Shown piece after piece: positions 19,472 through 28,689 of a stretch of DNA of 64,000 nt. How positions within the stretch are numbered: the stretch's first letter is position 1; each line of letters begins with the position of its first letter. Below the pieces are notes generated by a model. The model had not been told where the DNA came from. It worked only from the letters and a program-made list of their open reading frames with translations, and did no database searches. Both the position numbers and the translations under genes were made by a program. The DNA is from Planctomycetota bacterium (GTDB taxonomy: Bacteria > Planctomycetota > UBA8108 > SXIK01), in NCBI GenBank assembly GCA_965223265.1, contig OZ244999.1, positions 8,448,001 through 8,512,000 of the forward strand, written 5' to 3'.

Positions 19472-20749
19472 ATGGTTCGACACTTCCTGGCGAATCTCTC
19501 TGCGACGATCTTGCTCACCATTTGTTTGCAGGCATGGGGAACGAACCTGATCTTCGCTGACAACTGGCCGGCATGGCGCGGCGCTACCGGGCAAGGACTT
19601 TGCTCCGAAACCGATCTGCCGACACGCTGGAGTACTGAAGAGCACGTCAAGTGGAAGGTCGCACTCCCGGCAGCGGGCAACTCGACTCCGATTGTATGGA
19701 ATGAACGGGTTTTCCTCACTCAAGCCACGGACAAAGGGACGAAGCGCTGGACTCACTGTTTTCACCGCAGCGACGGTCGTGAGCTTTGGAAGAGGATGGT
19801 CCCCTATAATGCGGCCGAGCCGACGCACGATGGCAATCCGTATTGTTCGGCGTCGCCGGTGACGGACGGAGAAGTCGTGATCGTCTCGCATGGTTCCGCC
19901 GGAGTTTACTGTTACGACCTTGACGGCGATGAGAGATGGCACCGCGACCTTGGAACGTTCCATCACGTCTGGGGCAATGCAGCGTCGCCGATGATCGAGG
20001 GTGAAGTTTGTATCGTGAATTGTGGGCCAGGGGAGCGAACGTTTCTCATCGCGCTCGAGAAGACGACCGGGGAGAAGGTGTGGAAGATGGACGTTCCCGG
20101 CGGCTTGGCCGATGGTGACTCGAGTACGTGGACCGGTTCCTGGAGTACGCCGGTGATCGCGGCGGTGGGTGGGGAGCGGCTCCTCTTCATGAGCTATCCG
20201 GGAGTTTTGTACGTTCTACGCCCGCAGAGCGGGGAGGAAGTCTGGCGTAGCGAGGGATTGGGCAAACTCGTCTACACGTCGCCGCTCATCAGCGACGGTG
20301 TCGCCGTCAGCATGAGCGGCTACAAGGGGCCGCTCATGGGCGTCCGAGTTGGCGGCACCGGCGATGTCACCGCGTCGCATCGCCTGTGGCACTTCGAGCG
20401 CGGGCCGCAGCGCATCGGTTCAGGAGTGATTCACGACGGTCACATCTATGTTGTCAACGACTCTGGTGTCGCCGAGTGTCTTAAGCTGAGCACAGGCAAG
20501 CGAGTTTGGCGTGAACGCCTGGGCGCCAAGTCGTGGAGCTCGGTCGTCCTGGCAGGAGATCGGCTTTACACTGCGGATCAGGAAGGCAACGTTTTCGTCG
20601 TCCGGGCTGCCAAAGAGAAATCCGAGGTCGTGGCCCGCAACGCTCTCGGAGAGCGTATGCGTGCGTCGGTGGCAGTGTCGAACGGCGAGCTCTTTCTGCG
20701 CACGTACAGGCACCTTTGGTGCATCGCCGAGACTGACCGTGATCGCTAA
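19472..20749 (+). CDS. PQQ-binding-like beta-propeller, secreted
   Basis: DNWPAWRG, GNSTPIVW, NPYCSASPVTDG, GSWSTP, ELFLRTYRHLWCI; start moved to the signal-peptide ATG. Confidence 0.92.
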   Translation: MVRHFLANLSATILLTICLQAWGTNLIFADNWPAWRGATGQGLCSETDLPTRWSTEEHVKWKVALPAAGNSTPIVWNERVFLTQATDKGTKRWTHCFHRSDGRELWKRMVPYNAAEPTHDGNPYCSASPVTDGEVVIVSHGSAGVYCYDLDGDERWHRDLGTFHHVWGNAASPMIEGEVCIVNCGPGERTFLIALEKTTGEKVWKMDVPGGLADGDSSTWTGSWSTPVIAAVGGERLLFMSYPGVLYVLRPQSGEEVWRSEGLGKLVYTSPLISDGVAVSMSGYKGPLMGVRVGGTGDVTASHRLWHFERGPQRIGSGVIHDGHIYVVNDSGVAECLKLSTGKRVWRERLGAKSWSSVVLAGDRLYTADQEGNVFVVRAAKEKSEVVARNALGERMRASVAVSNGELFLRTYRHLWCIAETDRDR

Positions 20750-20771
20750 GCTAGACCGCTTCAGCGCCGCA

Positions 20772-21497
20772 TCACAGGTCGATTTCGGCGACAACGGGCA
20801 AATGGTCGGACGCCGCCCGCGCTACTTTTGTGCGGCTGACGTGGACACGGTCGATGCGAGCGGGGCCTCGCACGAAGACGCGGTCGAGGGCCCGGAGCGG
20901 GCGGACCGCTGGGAACGTCCGCACCTTCGTGCGTCCACACTCGTACCCCTCGGGTTCAAGGATACCCGGTCCCAACCTCCCCCAGACGTCGTTGAAGTCG
21001 CCGCCGATGATCGCCGCCGTGTCGTGCCGTAAGTGGTGGTGATGCTGCCATGCTAGGACACGCTGCAGCTGCCGCCGCCGCTCGTACTCTGCCAGACCAA
21101 GGTGTACGTTGAAGAGCCAGATGCGCCGGCGGTGGCCACGGGCCGAAACCGTCAAGCGTGCGTGGAGGGCACCGCGTCGCTTCTTGAGCGGCATCGTGAG
21201 GTCGATGTTTTCGGAGTGCTCCAGACGCATGCGGCTGAGAAGCGCGTTACCGTAGTGCCCACGCTTTAGCCGTACGTTCGGAAAGTAGGCGCGATACTTG
21301 TAACCGAGAGCGTCGCCGAGCAAATCGACCTGACGGTCGCGTCGCGATCGTGGTACGCCTTCGTCGACCTCCTGCAGGAAGACGAGGTCCGCTTCCAAAG
21401 CCCGTAAGACCTCGATGACGCGCTCGGGGCGATAGCGCCGGTCAACGCCACCGATGGCTTTGTGGATGTTGTAGGTGACGAGTCGAAAGCGTTTCAT
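20772..21497 (-). CDS. Endonuclease/exonuclease/phosphatase family (YbhP-like)
   Basis: TYNIHK, LQEVD, GNALLS, HLGL, GDFND, ASDHLP. Confidence 0.93.
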   Translation of the reverse strand: MKRFRLVTYNIHKAIGGVDRRYRPERVIEVLRALEADLVFLQEVDEGVPRSRRDRQVDLLGDALGYKYRAYFPNVRLKRGHYGNALLSRMRLEHSENIDLTMPLKKRRGALHARLTVSARGHRRRIWLFNVHLGLAEYERRRQLQRVLAWQHHHHLRHDTAAIIGGDFNDVWGRLGPGILEPEGYECGRTKVRTFPAVRPLRALDRVFVRGPARIDRVHVSRTKVARAASDHLPVVAEIDL

Positions 21498-21612
21498 CCA
21501 ATCGATTGTAGGAAGTCAGGCATGCCGCGACGGAAGCAAGCTGTACGGAGGTTACTTGAGGTGACGTGCGTACCGCGTGCGGCTTCGCTGTCGTCGTTCT
21601 TCGATCAACTGT

Positions 21613-22722
21613 TCACTTCACAACCGCCTTCTCGACCGTTAGCTTTTCGAGCCGCATGGGCACTGGCTCAGGGAGCTCCTCGAGCGCCCGCACGACCGGC
21701 TGTCCGCCCGCCGATTGATCCAGCTCGATGGCCGGGTCGCCTAGGTCTTCTCGATAGAACCGTTCGCTTGGAAAGATGTCGGCTGGGTAGGTGAAATTCT
21801 CCAGCGTCGCGAGCGCTGCGCAGTGTGCCGCACCCACGGCACTCTCGAGCATGCCGCCGACCCAGCAGGGGATGCCGGCATCGCGGCAGATATCGTGGAT
21901 GGCGACTGCGTTCGTCAGACCACCGACGCGCCCCGGTTTGACATTCACGAACTCGCAGCTCTTGATCGCAATCGCTTGCCGGACTCGGTGCGTCGAGATG
22001 ATACTTTCATCGAGGCAGACCGGCGTCTTGATCGCCCTCTGCAGCTCTGCGTGGTCAATGAGGTCGTCATGATCCAGGGGCTGTTCAATCATCGCCAAGC
22101 CGAATGCGTCCACCTGCTTGAAGATCGGTAAATCAGAGATGCGATAACCGCTGTTGCAGTCGATGTGAAACGTATGGTCTGGAAACTGTTGCCTCACCGC
22201 GGCGAGCATGTCAACGTCCCAACCTGGCCGGAATTTCAGTTTGACCCGTGGGAATCCCGCTTCGATCGCCGCCGCGATTCCTTCGAGCAGATCGTCGAAG
22301 CAGTCCATGACGCCGAAGTCTGCACCGACGGGCGCTTCGTCGCGCCTGCCGCCGAGCAGCGTGTGCAGCGGCCGGCCCTTGGCGCGGGAGTGAAGACTCC
22401 ACCAGGCGGTGTCGAGGATCGCTTTGGCGAACTGGTTGCCCTTGTAGATCGCGAGGCGACTCTGGAGCTCTGCACCTGACGTTATGTTCTGCCCGAGAAG
22501 CGCCGGCGCCAGCCAGTCTCGAGCCACCCCGAAGATCCCTGCGGCCCACTCGGGGCTGTAGCACGGTGCGGCGAAAGGAGCGCTCTCGCCCCAGCCGTAT
22601 AGCGAGCCCGAGCACATTCGACAGAGAACTGCGTGTATCGCGGCATCTTCACCGTACGCCGTTCGCCACGGATAGATCAGCGGCATGGCCACGTGATGGA
22701 GCTCTATACGATCAATCTTCAT
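21613..22722 (-). CDS. menC: o-succinylbenzoate synthase / N-acylamino-acid racemase (enolase superfamily)
   Basis: RVKLK, IDCN, MIEQP, CLDES, NVKPGRVGG, WVGGMLE. Confidence 0.85.
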   Translation of the reverse strand: MKIDRIELHHVAMPLIYPWRTAYGEDAAIHAVLCRMCSGSLYGWGESAPFAAPCYSPEWAAGIFGVARDWLAPALLGQNITSGAELQSRLAIYKGNQFAKAILDTAWWSLHSRAKGRPLHTLLGGRRDEAPVGADFGVMDCFDDLLEGIAAAIEAGFPRVKLKFRPGWDVDMLAAVRQQFPDHTFHIDCNSGYRISDLPIFKQVDAFGLAMIEQPLDHDDLIDHAELQRAIKTPVCLDESIISTHRVRQAIAIKSCEFVNVKPGRVGGLTNAVAIHDICRDAGIPCWVGGMLESAVGAAHCAALATLENFTYPADIFPSERFYREDLGDPAIELDQSAGGQPVVRALEELPEPVPMRLEKLTVEKAVVK

Positions 22723-22916
22723 TGTCGTCTCTCTCGTTGGTCGTCGTGCTGTAGTCGTCGCGTCGCTGCGAGGTTTTCATTCGAGCGGTCGTGTGCTACA
22801 AGTCGCAGAACGGCAGGCAAGCGCGCGACTGATCGCCGTGAAGTGGAGCGACTTCCTGACGCCGCTGCAATAGTCTTGCGTGGAAAATCTTCGACTTGGG
22901 ACGACAACAGGACCAC

Positions 22917-23813
22917 ATGTTCGGATCACACCTTTCAGTTGCTGGCGGTCTCGAGAACGCACTGATCGAGGCGCAAAAGCTCGGCTTTGAGTGCGTGCAG
23001 GTGTTCACAAAGAATCAGCGACAATGGCACGCCAAGCCGCTGACCGACGAGCAGGTCGCCGCGTGGAAAAAGCATCTCAAGGGTAGCGGCATCAAGAAAA
23101 CCGTCAGTCACGACAGCTACCTCATCAATCTCGCGTCGACGAATCGAGACACGAGAGAGAAATCGATCCGGCTGTTCGTCGATGAAGTCGAACGCTGCGA
23201 AGCGCTCGGGATTCCTTACCTGGTCACCCACCCGGGCGCGCACCTTGGCCTTGGAGAGAAGAAAGGGCTGGAGCGCGTCGCCAAAGCGCTCGACCGCGTG
23301 CACAAGTCGCTTGCGGGATATGATACGCTGACCTGTCTTGAGATCACGGCGGGGCAAGGATCAAGCCTCGGCTATCGGTTCGAACACCTACGCGAAATCA
23401 TCGACCGCGTACGCGAACCCGAGCGGCTGCGTGTTTGCTTCGATACGGCGCACGCGCTTGCAGCAGGATATGATCTCACGTCTGCCGCTGGCGCTAAATC
23501 GGTGTTTCAAGAGTTCGATTCGGTTCTTGGACTCGACCTGCTCCGCGTCTTTCATCTCAACGACTCGAAAGTCGAGCGCGGCAAGCGCGTCGATCGACAC
23601 GAACACATTGGATATGGATACGTTGCACTCGCTGCGTTCGGTTACATAGTCAACCACGCAAAGTTTCGCCGGGTACCAAAGATTCTCGAGACACCAAAGG
23701 AGCTCGACGACCAGGGCGAGGAGTGGGACGTCGTCAACGTGCGGGCGCTTCAGGGTCTGATCAGATCAAAAGCGAAGAAACGAACGGCCGCGCGATCAGG
23801 TAGGACTCGGTGA
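22917..23813 (+). CDS. nfo: Endonuclease IV
   Basis: GSHLSVAGG, HDSYLINL, HPG, LEITAGQG, CFDTAH, HLNDSK, DRHEHIG, ILETP. Confidence 0.96.
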   Translation: MFGSHLSVAGGLENALIEAQKLGFECVQVFTKNQRQWHAKPLTDEQVAAWKKHLKGSGIKKTVSHDSYLINLASTNRDTREKSIRLFVDEVERCEALGIPYLVTHPGAHLGLGEKKGLERVAKALDRVHKSLAGYDTLTCLEITAGQGSSLGYRFEHLREIIDRVREPERLRVCFDTAHALAAGYDLTSAAGAKSVFQEFDSVLGLDLLRVFHLNDSKVERGKRVDRHEHIGYGYVALAAFGYIVNHAKFRRVPKILETPKELDDQGEEWDVVNVRALQGLIRSKAKKRTAARSGRTR

Positions 23814-23876
23814 CCGAAGAGAGAACCGTCCACAAGCCCAATCGTCGCGTCTGAACACCAGCCAGTGTCGACGCGT

Positions 23877-25061
23877 TCAGAGGGTCGACCCGAGATCCTG
23901 CCAGCGCACGACGCGCGGCGTAAAGGAAGCCGACGTTCGGTCGTACATCGCCTTGCGGCCCATGATCGCCATGAGTGTGCTGATGCGCCCGGTCTCATGG
24001 TTTGAATCGGGGAGTTTTCCTGTGCGCAGCGAGTCGGCGAAGGCGACGAATTCTTCCCGCGTGCCGTCCATATACCCCGTGCTCGGCTTGCCGATTTGCG
24101 TGCCGCCTTGACCGCGCACATACTCCGTCGCTTGGGTCATGTCGTAGCCCCCCTTCTCGGTGGCGATCCAAAGCTTCTCGCCGCTTTGGTTTCCGCCTTG
24201 CTCGTCTCCGAATGGGCCGGGCATGCCGAAGAGATGCGTGTACGAAAACAAAACGTTCCCTGGGAACTCGAAAATGACCGCCGACTTGATTTCGTTGAGG
24301 TGCTGTGGCGGATTCGGTCCTGGATTCGGCATCGGCGCCCCGATCGCGACACAGTGGAGCGGGGCCTGATCGCCCATTACCCAACTCATAGCGTCGAGGT
24401 GATGAACCGCTTGCTCAACGAGACGGCCACCGCCCTTGTCCTGGTCGAGGAGGCTGGGCACACGCGAGAAGTGCCAGTGACCTTGAAGCGCGTACACTTT
24501 CCCTAGCTTGCCAGCGCGGACGCGTCGCGCGACTTCTCGGTGACCGGGGATGTAACGGCGCTGACAACCGACCTGAAACCAGCGGTTCGCCTGACGCGCC
24601 GCGCGCACCATGGCATCGACCTTCTCAACGGTTTGATCGAGTGGCTTCTCGGTGAAACAATTGAGTCCAGCCTGCAGGACCGGCACGACAACCTTGGCAT
24701 GGTTTTCGACCTCAACGACAATAGAGATGCCGTCAAGCTTCTCTTTGTCGATCATCTTGCGAAAGTCCTTGTAGCCACGCGGATTGCTCTTGTGCGCGAT
24801 CTTCTTAGCTTTGGCGAGGCGGTCGTCGCGCAGTTCGCAGACCGCTGCGATATGGACGTTCGGTACCGTCGCTAGTGCCGTGAGGTCGGCCGACCCACGG
24901 CCGCCGCAGCCAATGGTGCCGACGCGAACGACGTCGTCGCGCCCAAGAACTCCTGGGCCGACGATGGCGGGAACGGCAAGGGCGGTCGCATTGAGTGCCG
25001 TGGTTCTCAAGAAGCGGCGGCGAGACAGTCGAACGTTCGACTTTGATTCCATAGTACCCAT
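23877..25061 (-). CDS. Tat-exported Gfo/Idh/MocA oxidoreductase
   Basis: SRRRFL, IGCGGRG, FTEKPL, EQAVHHLD. Confidence 0.92.
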   Translation of the reverse strand: MGTMESKSNVRLSRRRFLRTTALNATALAVPAIVGPGVLGRDDVVRVGTIGCGGRGSADLTALATVPNVHIAAVCELRDDRLAKAKKIAHKSNPRGYKDFRKMIDKEKLDGISIVVEVENHAKVVVPVLQAGLNCFTEKPLDQTVEKVDAMVRAARQANRWFQVGCQRRYIPGHREVARRVRAGKLGKVYALQGHWHFSRVPSLLDQDKGGGRLVEQAVHHLDAMSWVMGDQAPLHCVAIGAPMPNPGPNPPQHLNEIKSAVIFEFPGNVLFSYTHLFGMPGPFGDEQGGNQSGEKLWIATEKGGYDMTQATEYVRGQGGTQIGKPSTGYMDGTREEFVAFADSLRTGKLPDSNHETGRISTLMAIMGRKAMYDRTSASFTPRVVRWQDLGSTL

Positions 25062-25197
25062 CCTCGAAGAGTTCGCTGTCGGATCAGCGGTGTGTCAACT
25101 GTGGAGGGTCGGTGGCAACGGAAAACGCTAGCGAACCGCGCCACGACGCGCAGTCATTCTACGGCGGCGTTCGTGCTATTCCCAATAGCTACCAGCT

Positions 25198-26142
25198 TCA
25201 GCGTTTCGTCACGAGGAAGATTCCCAGTGCGATCGCTGCTCCCGCACAGAGGAGCACCGATGAGAGATCATCGCCGCGAAAGAGCACCGCCCACAAAACG
25301 CCAAACAGAGGCGTGGTGAAGCTGAACACTGCGATCTTCGTGGCCGAGTATGTCTTGAGCAATTGGGCCTGAATCGCAAAGCACAGCCCGCCGACGAAGA
25401 CACCCTGGTAGACGAGTGCGAGAAGCGCCGGACGGGTGAAATCGGTGAGTGACACCTCCTCCGTGAAAGCACTGGCGACAGCTAGCAACCCGACGCCGAT
25501 GATGTCGTGCCACAACATGAGCTTTCCAGGCTCGACTCGTTTGAGTGCGGCTTTCGTGAAGACAATCTTGATTCCCAGGAGTACCGAGCTGATGAGTAAA
25601 ATCACGTCACCGAGGAGCGAGGGTGTGTCGCGGGCGATGTCTTCTGCAGCGGTCGGCGCTGCGGATGTATTGAGGACGAGAAACATGCCGGCGGCGGCAC
25701 AGGCGAGGCCGAGCACACGTCGAGGCGCCAGGCGGTAGGTCGCAGTGACGAAATGTTCGATCAGTACGACCCAAAAAACGAAGGTGTTGATGAAGAGCGA
25801 GCCATGCGAGGAACTCGATTTTTCGACGCCGACATGAAAGAGCGCGATTTGGACGAAGAGTAGAAAGCCCGCGATCGAGATATCTCGCCATTGACCGCGC
25901 CGTGGTAGGAGGTGATCGCCAAGGACGAAGCACCAAATGAACATGAAGAGGGCTGCGAGGGCGAAGCGGATCGCGGCGACAGCGATCGGTGGCAGCGTGT
26001 CCACCGAGTAGCTGATGGCGACTGGAGTGCCACCCCAAAGCGCCGACGTCAGCAGGCAAAGGCCAACGGCAGTGGCGGTGAGGTTCGCGTCGGGGGCCGC
26101 GATCGGTTGTCGCGGGGGGTCAGACATTGCAGCGGCTGCCAT
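25198..26142 (-). CDS. EamA/DMT family transporter (start uncertain)
   Basis: LWGG..VAI, about 10 TM helices, FSFTTPLFGV. Confidence 0.9.
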   Translation of the reverse strand: MAAAAMSDPPRQPIAAPDANLTATAVGLCLLTSALWGGTPVAISYSVDTLPPIAVAAIRFALAALFMFIWCFVLGDHLLPRRGQWRDISIAGFLLFVQIALFHVGVEKSSSSHGSLFINTFVFWVVLIEHFVTATYRLAPRRVLGLACAAAGMFLVLNTSAAPTAAEDIARDTPSLLGDVILLISSVLLGIKIVFTKAALKRVEPGKLMLWHDIIGVGLLAVASAFTEEVSLTDFTRPALLALVYQGVFVGGLCFAIQAQLLKTYSATKIAVFSFTTPLFGVLWAVLFRGDDLSSVLLCAGAAIALGIFLVTKR

Positions 26143-26205
26143 GGGTTTGAGTCCGCCGACGCGCGTGGACCTTGTTGGACTCACGTGCGAATGAGAGCAT
26201 CGGGC

Positions 26206-27063
26206 TCATTCCAGAAGTGCGCGCGCCGCAGTGCACGCGGATCGGAGAAACTGAGCTACCTGAGCGTACTGCGCACCGCCATCCGCAGTGCGGTCGACGC
26301 TCGAACCCGTCAGTACTGCAGCAAAGAAACCTTCCCGATGCCAGGTACCCCCTCCGGCCAATGCAGGCAGAGAGGAGGCACTGGGACGGGGGTAGGGACT
26401 GACGTAGAAGTACGGCTCCGGGAACGTTGAGTCGCCGGGCGACAGCCCCACGCCGACGGAGCGGCCGGCTTCGGCGCCCAGCTCGGGATCGAGAAGGATC
26501 AGCGACCCGATGTCGAAGTGATGCGGCCAACAGCGTGGCGAGGTCGCCGTCGCTTCAGTCTCGGCGATTTCACGCAGCATGGTGAAACCGTTCTCGAACC
26601 AAAGCGCGAGCTCGGACAACGCAGACGGATCAGCGAGCGAGAACGGGGCGCCAGAGTTCACCGGATGGCTTGGCATGTCGTAGTCGCGAAGCTGCAGCTT
26701 GGCGTCAAGCTGCGTGCCGGTGCGGCTGGCGACGGTCGCCCTCAACCAATCGAGCGCGGCGGCGAGCGTCTCGTGTTCGAGAGCCTTCCTCTCGAGAATC
26801 TCCTCGTTCGAATCGAGCAGCACAATGCTGAAACTGCGGACGCAGAGGCCGGCGTAGAGACCTGAAGGGATCGAGTGCGACATCAGCGCACCACGGGCGT
26901 CGCTCCAGCCGAAATTGCTTTGGCTGTCGTCGGCTCGCCTTGGAATCATCGCATCGCCGACTGCCGCGATTGGCTGCGCAGCCCAGTGCAGCTGTACGCG
27001 AGCCTCGGAGAGGGCGGTGGGCGCAAGAGAACCAACTTGTTTCCACGACGACGATGTCATCAA
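26206..27063 (-). CDS. DUF5996-like conserved protein
   Basis: QLHWAAQ, CWPHHFDI, GLSPGD..FPEPYFYVSPYP; GAGGAG RBS. Confidence 0.72.
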   Translation of the reverse strand: MMTSSSWKQVGSLAPTALSEARVQLHWAAQPIAAVGDAMIPRRADDSQSNFGWSDARGALMSHSIPSGLYAGLCVRSFSIVLLDSNEEILERKALEHETLAAALDWLRATVASRTGTQLDAKLQLRDYDMPSHPVNSGAPFSLADPSALSELALWFENGFTMLREIAETEATATSPRCWPHHFDIGSLILLDPELGAEAGRSVGVGLSPGDSTFPEPYFYVSPYPRPSASSLPALAGGGTWHREGFFAAVLTGSSVDRTADGGAQYAQVAQFLRSACTAARALLE

Positions 27064-27080
27064 GCTCCTCTCGGGCTTCC

Positions 27081-28427
27081 TTAACGTTTCGAGCGTTTGA
27101 TGCTCTTTCGCGCAGCGATGAATTGTCGCAGCGCAGAGCGAAAGGCTTTTGGGGGCGCTACTACTCGCGCGACGAGCAAGGTGCCTGGACGGAGAGTTAG
27201 ATACTCGGCGCGAATGATCTGCACTCCGCCTTCATCGTCTTTCGTTTTGAAGGTAAACGCCTTTGCCGGGCGCAATGAGCTCGACACGTTCTCGGTTCGA
27301 GTCTTCGGGTCGGTCTTCTTTAGCTCTTTCTCCAACGCTTTGAAGTAAGGTCCCGCGGCGATCTGTGTAGGGCCATCGGCCAAGTTAAAATCGATCTGTG
27401 GCATCCCGTCTTCGACATCAACGGTGCGAAGGAAAGCCCGATGGTTCGGGTGTTCCTTCTCCCTCTCTAAAGGAGCGTAATAGCTCGGTAGCCTGACAGT
27501 CACACCGTGAGGTTCCAAGTGAACGACGTTCGACCGCTGCCTCGCCTTGCGCCTCTTTCGCGTCTCTGCGGACTTGCCGATCGTTGTCGTGAGTTCGATC
27601 TCGCAAGTACCCTGCCCTTCGATCTTGAGATCCCTGGAACTACCCTTCAACTGGAAAGAGCCTTCCAGTGACAGCGAACGGACCCGTCCTTCGTCAGAGC
27701 TGGCGACAATGTGTCCCTTGAGTTGATAGCGGACGCTCACCTCTACGCCTTGCACTTCCACGCTTTCGCTGAACGTGGCCGAACCTTCGAATCGTGAAAC
27801 TGCGTTCTCCGCCTTGAACGAAACGAGTTTCATCTTGGCGGTAGCTTCTTCGATCGGACCCTCATTGCTCAGCAGAACCGAAGCGATCCACGATAGATCC
27901 AGCTTGTAGGTCTTACCCACTTGAGCTGCGCTGGGAAGGTCGATCCAAACGCTCGCGCTATACTGGTGGCGAAGCATCTGATCGATGAATCTTTGAGGGA
28001 ACGCCCGATCTCCGATCACTTCGATCTCTGCGTCGCCGTCCTTCTCCCTGAACTCCACCTTGGATCCGCCCAAGGGTGAATCCGCGATGCCGATGTTCGT
28101 TGTCGTCCACGTCTTCACGTAGTGTCGCACTGCTTTGACGTGCTCTTTCGTCAAGATCTCGTGCGTGTCCACGAATTCGAGCTCGTCAGTTGACTTCGCT
28201 TTCATCGTGTGAGACTTCTCGCCTACGCGTGTCTCCAGCTGACCTTCCACGGTGAGTGTGCGTTCACAGAGAAGTGGACGGTCGACGGGAATTCCGAAGG
28301 ACGTGTCGACACGTTCGGAATTGCCTTGCGGCGCGTCTGCCATGGCGCTGAAGTCGAGAAACACAAGAATGACGGTGAAACAACGCGCGATGAGTGCGCA
28401 CTGCCATGACGTCTTCGTTTGTACCAT
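27081..28427 (-). CDS. Hypothetical secreted protein, beta-strand rich
   Basis: Long ORF with signal-peptide-like FTVILVFLDFSAMA; no motif recognised. Confidence 0.72.
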   Translation of the reverse strand: MVQTKTSWQCALIARCFTVILVFLDFSAMADAPQGNSERVDTSFGIPVDRPLLCERTLTVEGQLETRVGEKSHTMKAKSTDELEFVDTHEILTKEHVKAVRHYVKTWTTTNIGIADSPLGGSKVEFREKDGDAEIEVIGDRAFPQRFIDQMLRHQYSASVWIDLPSAAQVGKTYKLDLSWIASVLLSNEGPIEEATAKMKLVSFKAENAVSRFEGSATFSESVEVQGVEVSVRYQLKGHIVASSDEGRVRSLSLEGSFQLKGSSRDLKIEGQGTCEIELTTTIGKSAETRKRRKARQRSNVVHLEPHGVTVRLPSYYAPLEREKEHPNHRAFLRTVDVEDGMPQIDFNLADGPTQIAAGPYFKALEKELKKTDPKTRTENVSSSLRPAKAFTFKTKDDEGGVQIIRAEYLTLRPGTLLVARVVAPPKAFRSALRQFIAARKSIKRSKR

Positions 28428-28558
28428 CGCCAGATATCTCCCGCTGCCACTGGATCGTTCTGTAAGTCTCGACTGCAGCAAATGTGCCCGAGAATCGGGT
28501 TTCGCGCAACGGTCAGTCACGCCTTGTTGCGCGTTGCGGCGCACACGTCGGCGGTAGT

Positions 28559-28588
28559 GCTATCGAGGCGGCGCTATCGAGGCGGCGC
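28559..28588. repeat. 14-bp tandem duplication
   Basis: GCTATCGAGGCGGC x2 plus GC, intergenic. Confidence 0.75.
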
Positions 28589-28689
28589 AAAACTCTCGCT
28601 GACGCGCGGTCGACTTTCTCTTCGGCGGGGAGCTTCACGCGGAAGATCTCGCGGATCAACTGCGGTACCCAAGGGCGCGCCACGATACC

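Noticed and set aside
19256-19966. N-terminal part of the 348-aa minus ORF 18920-19966
   Set aside because: Mostly antisense to the propeller gene; the real start is ATG 19255 with an RBS
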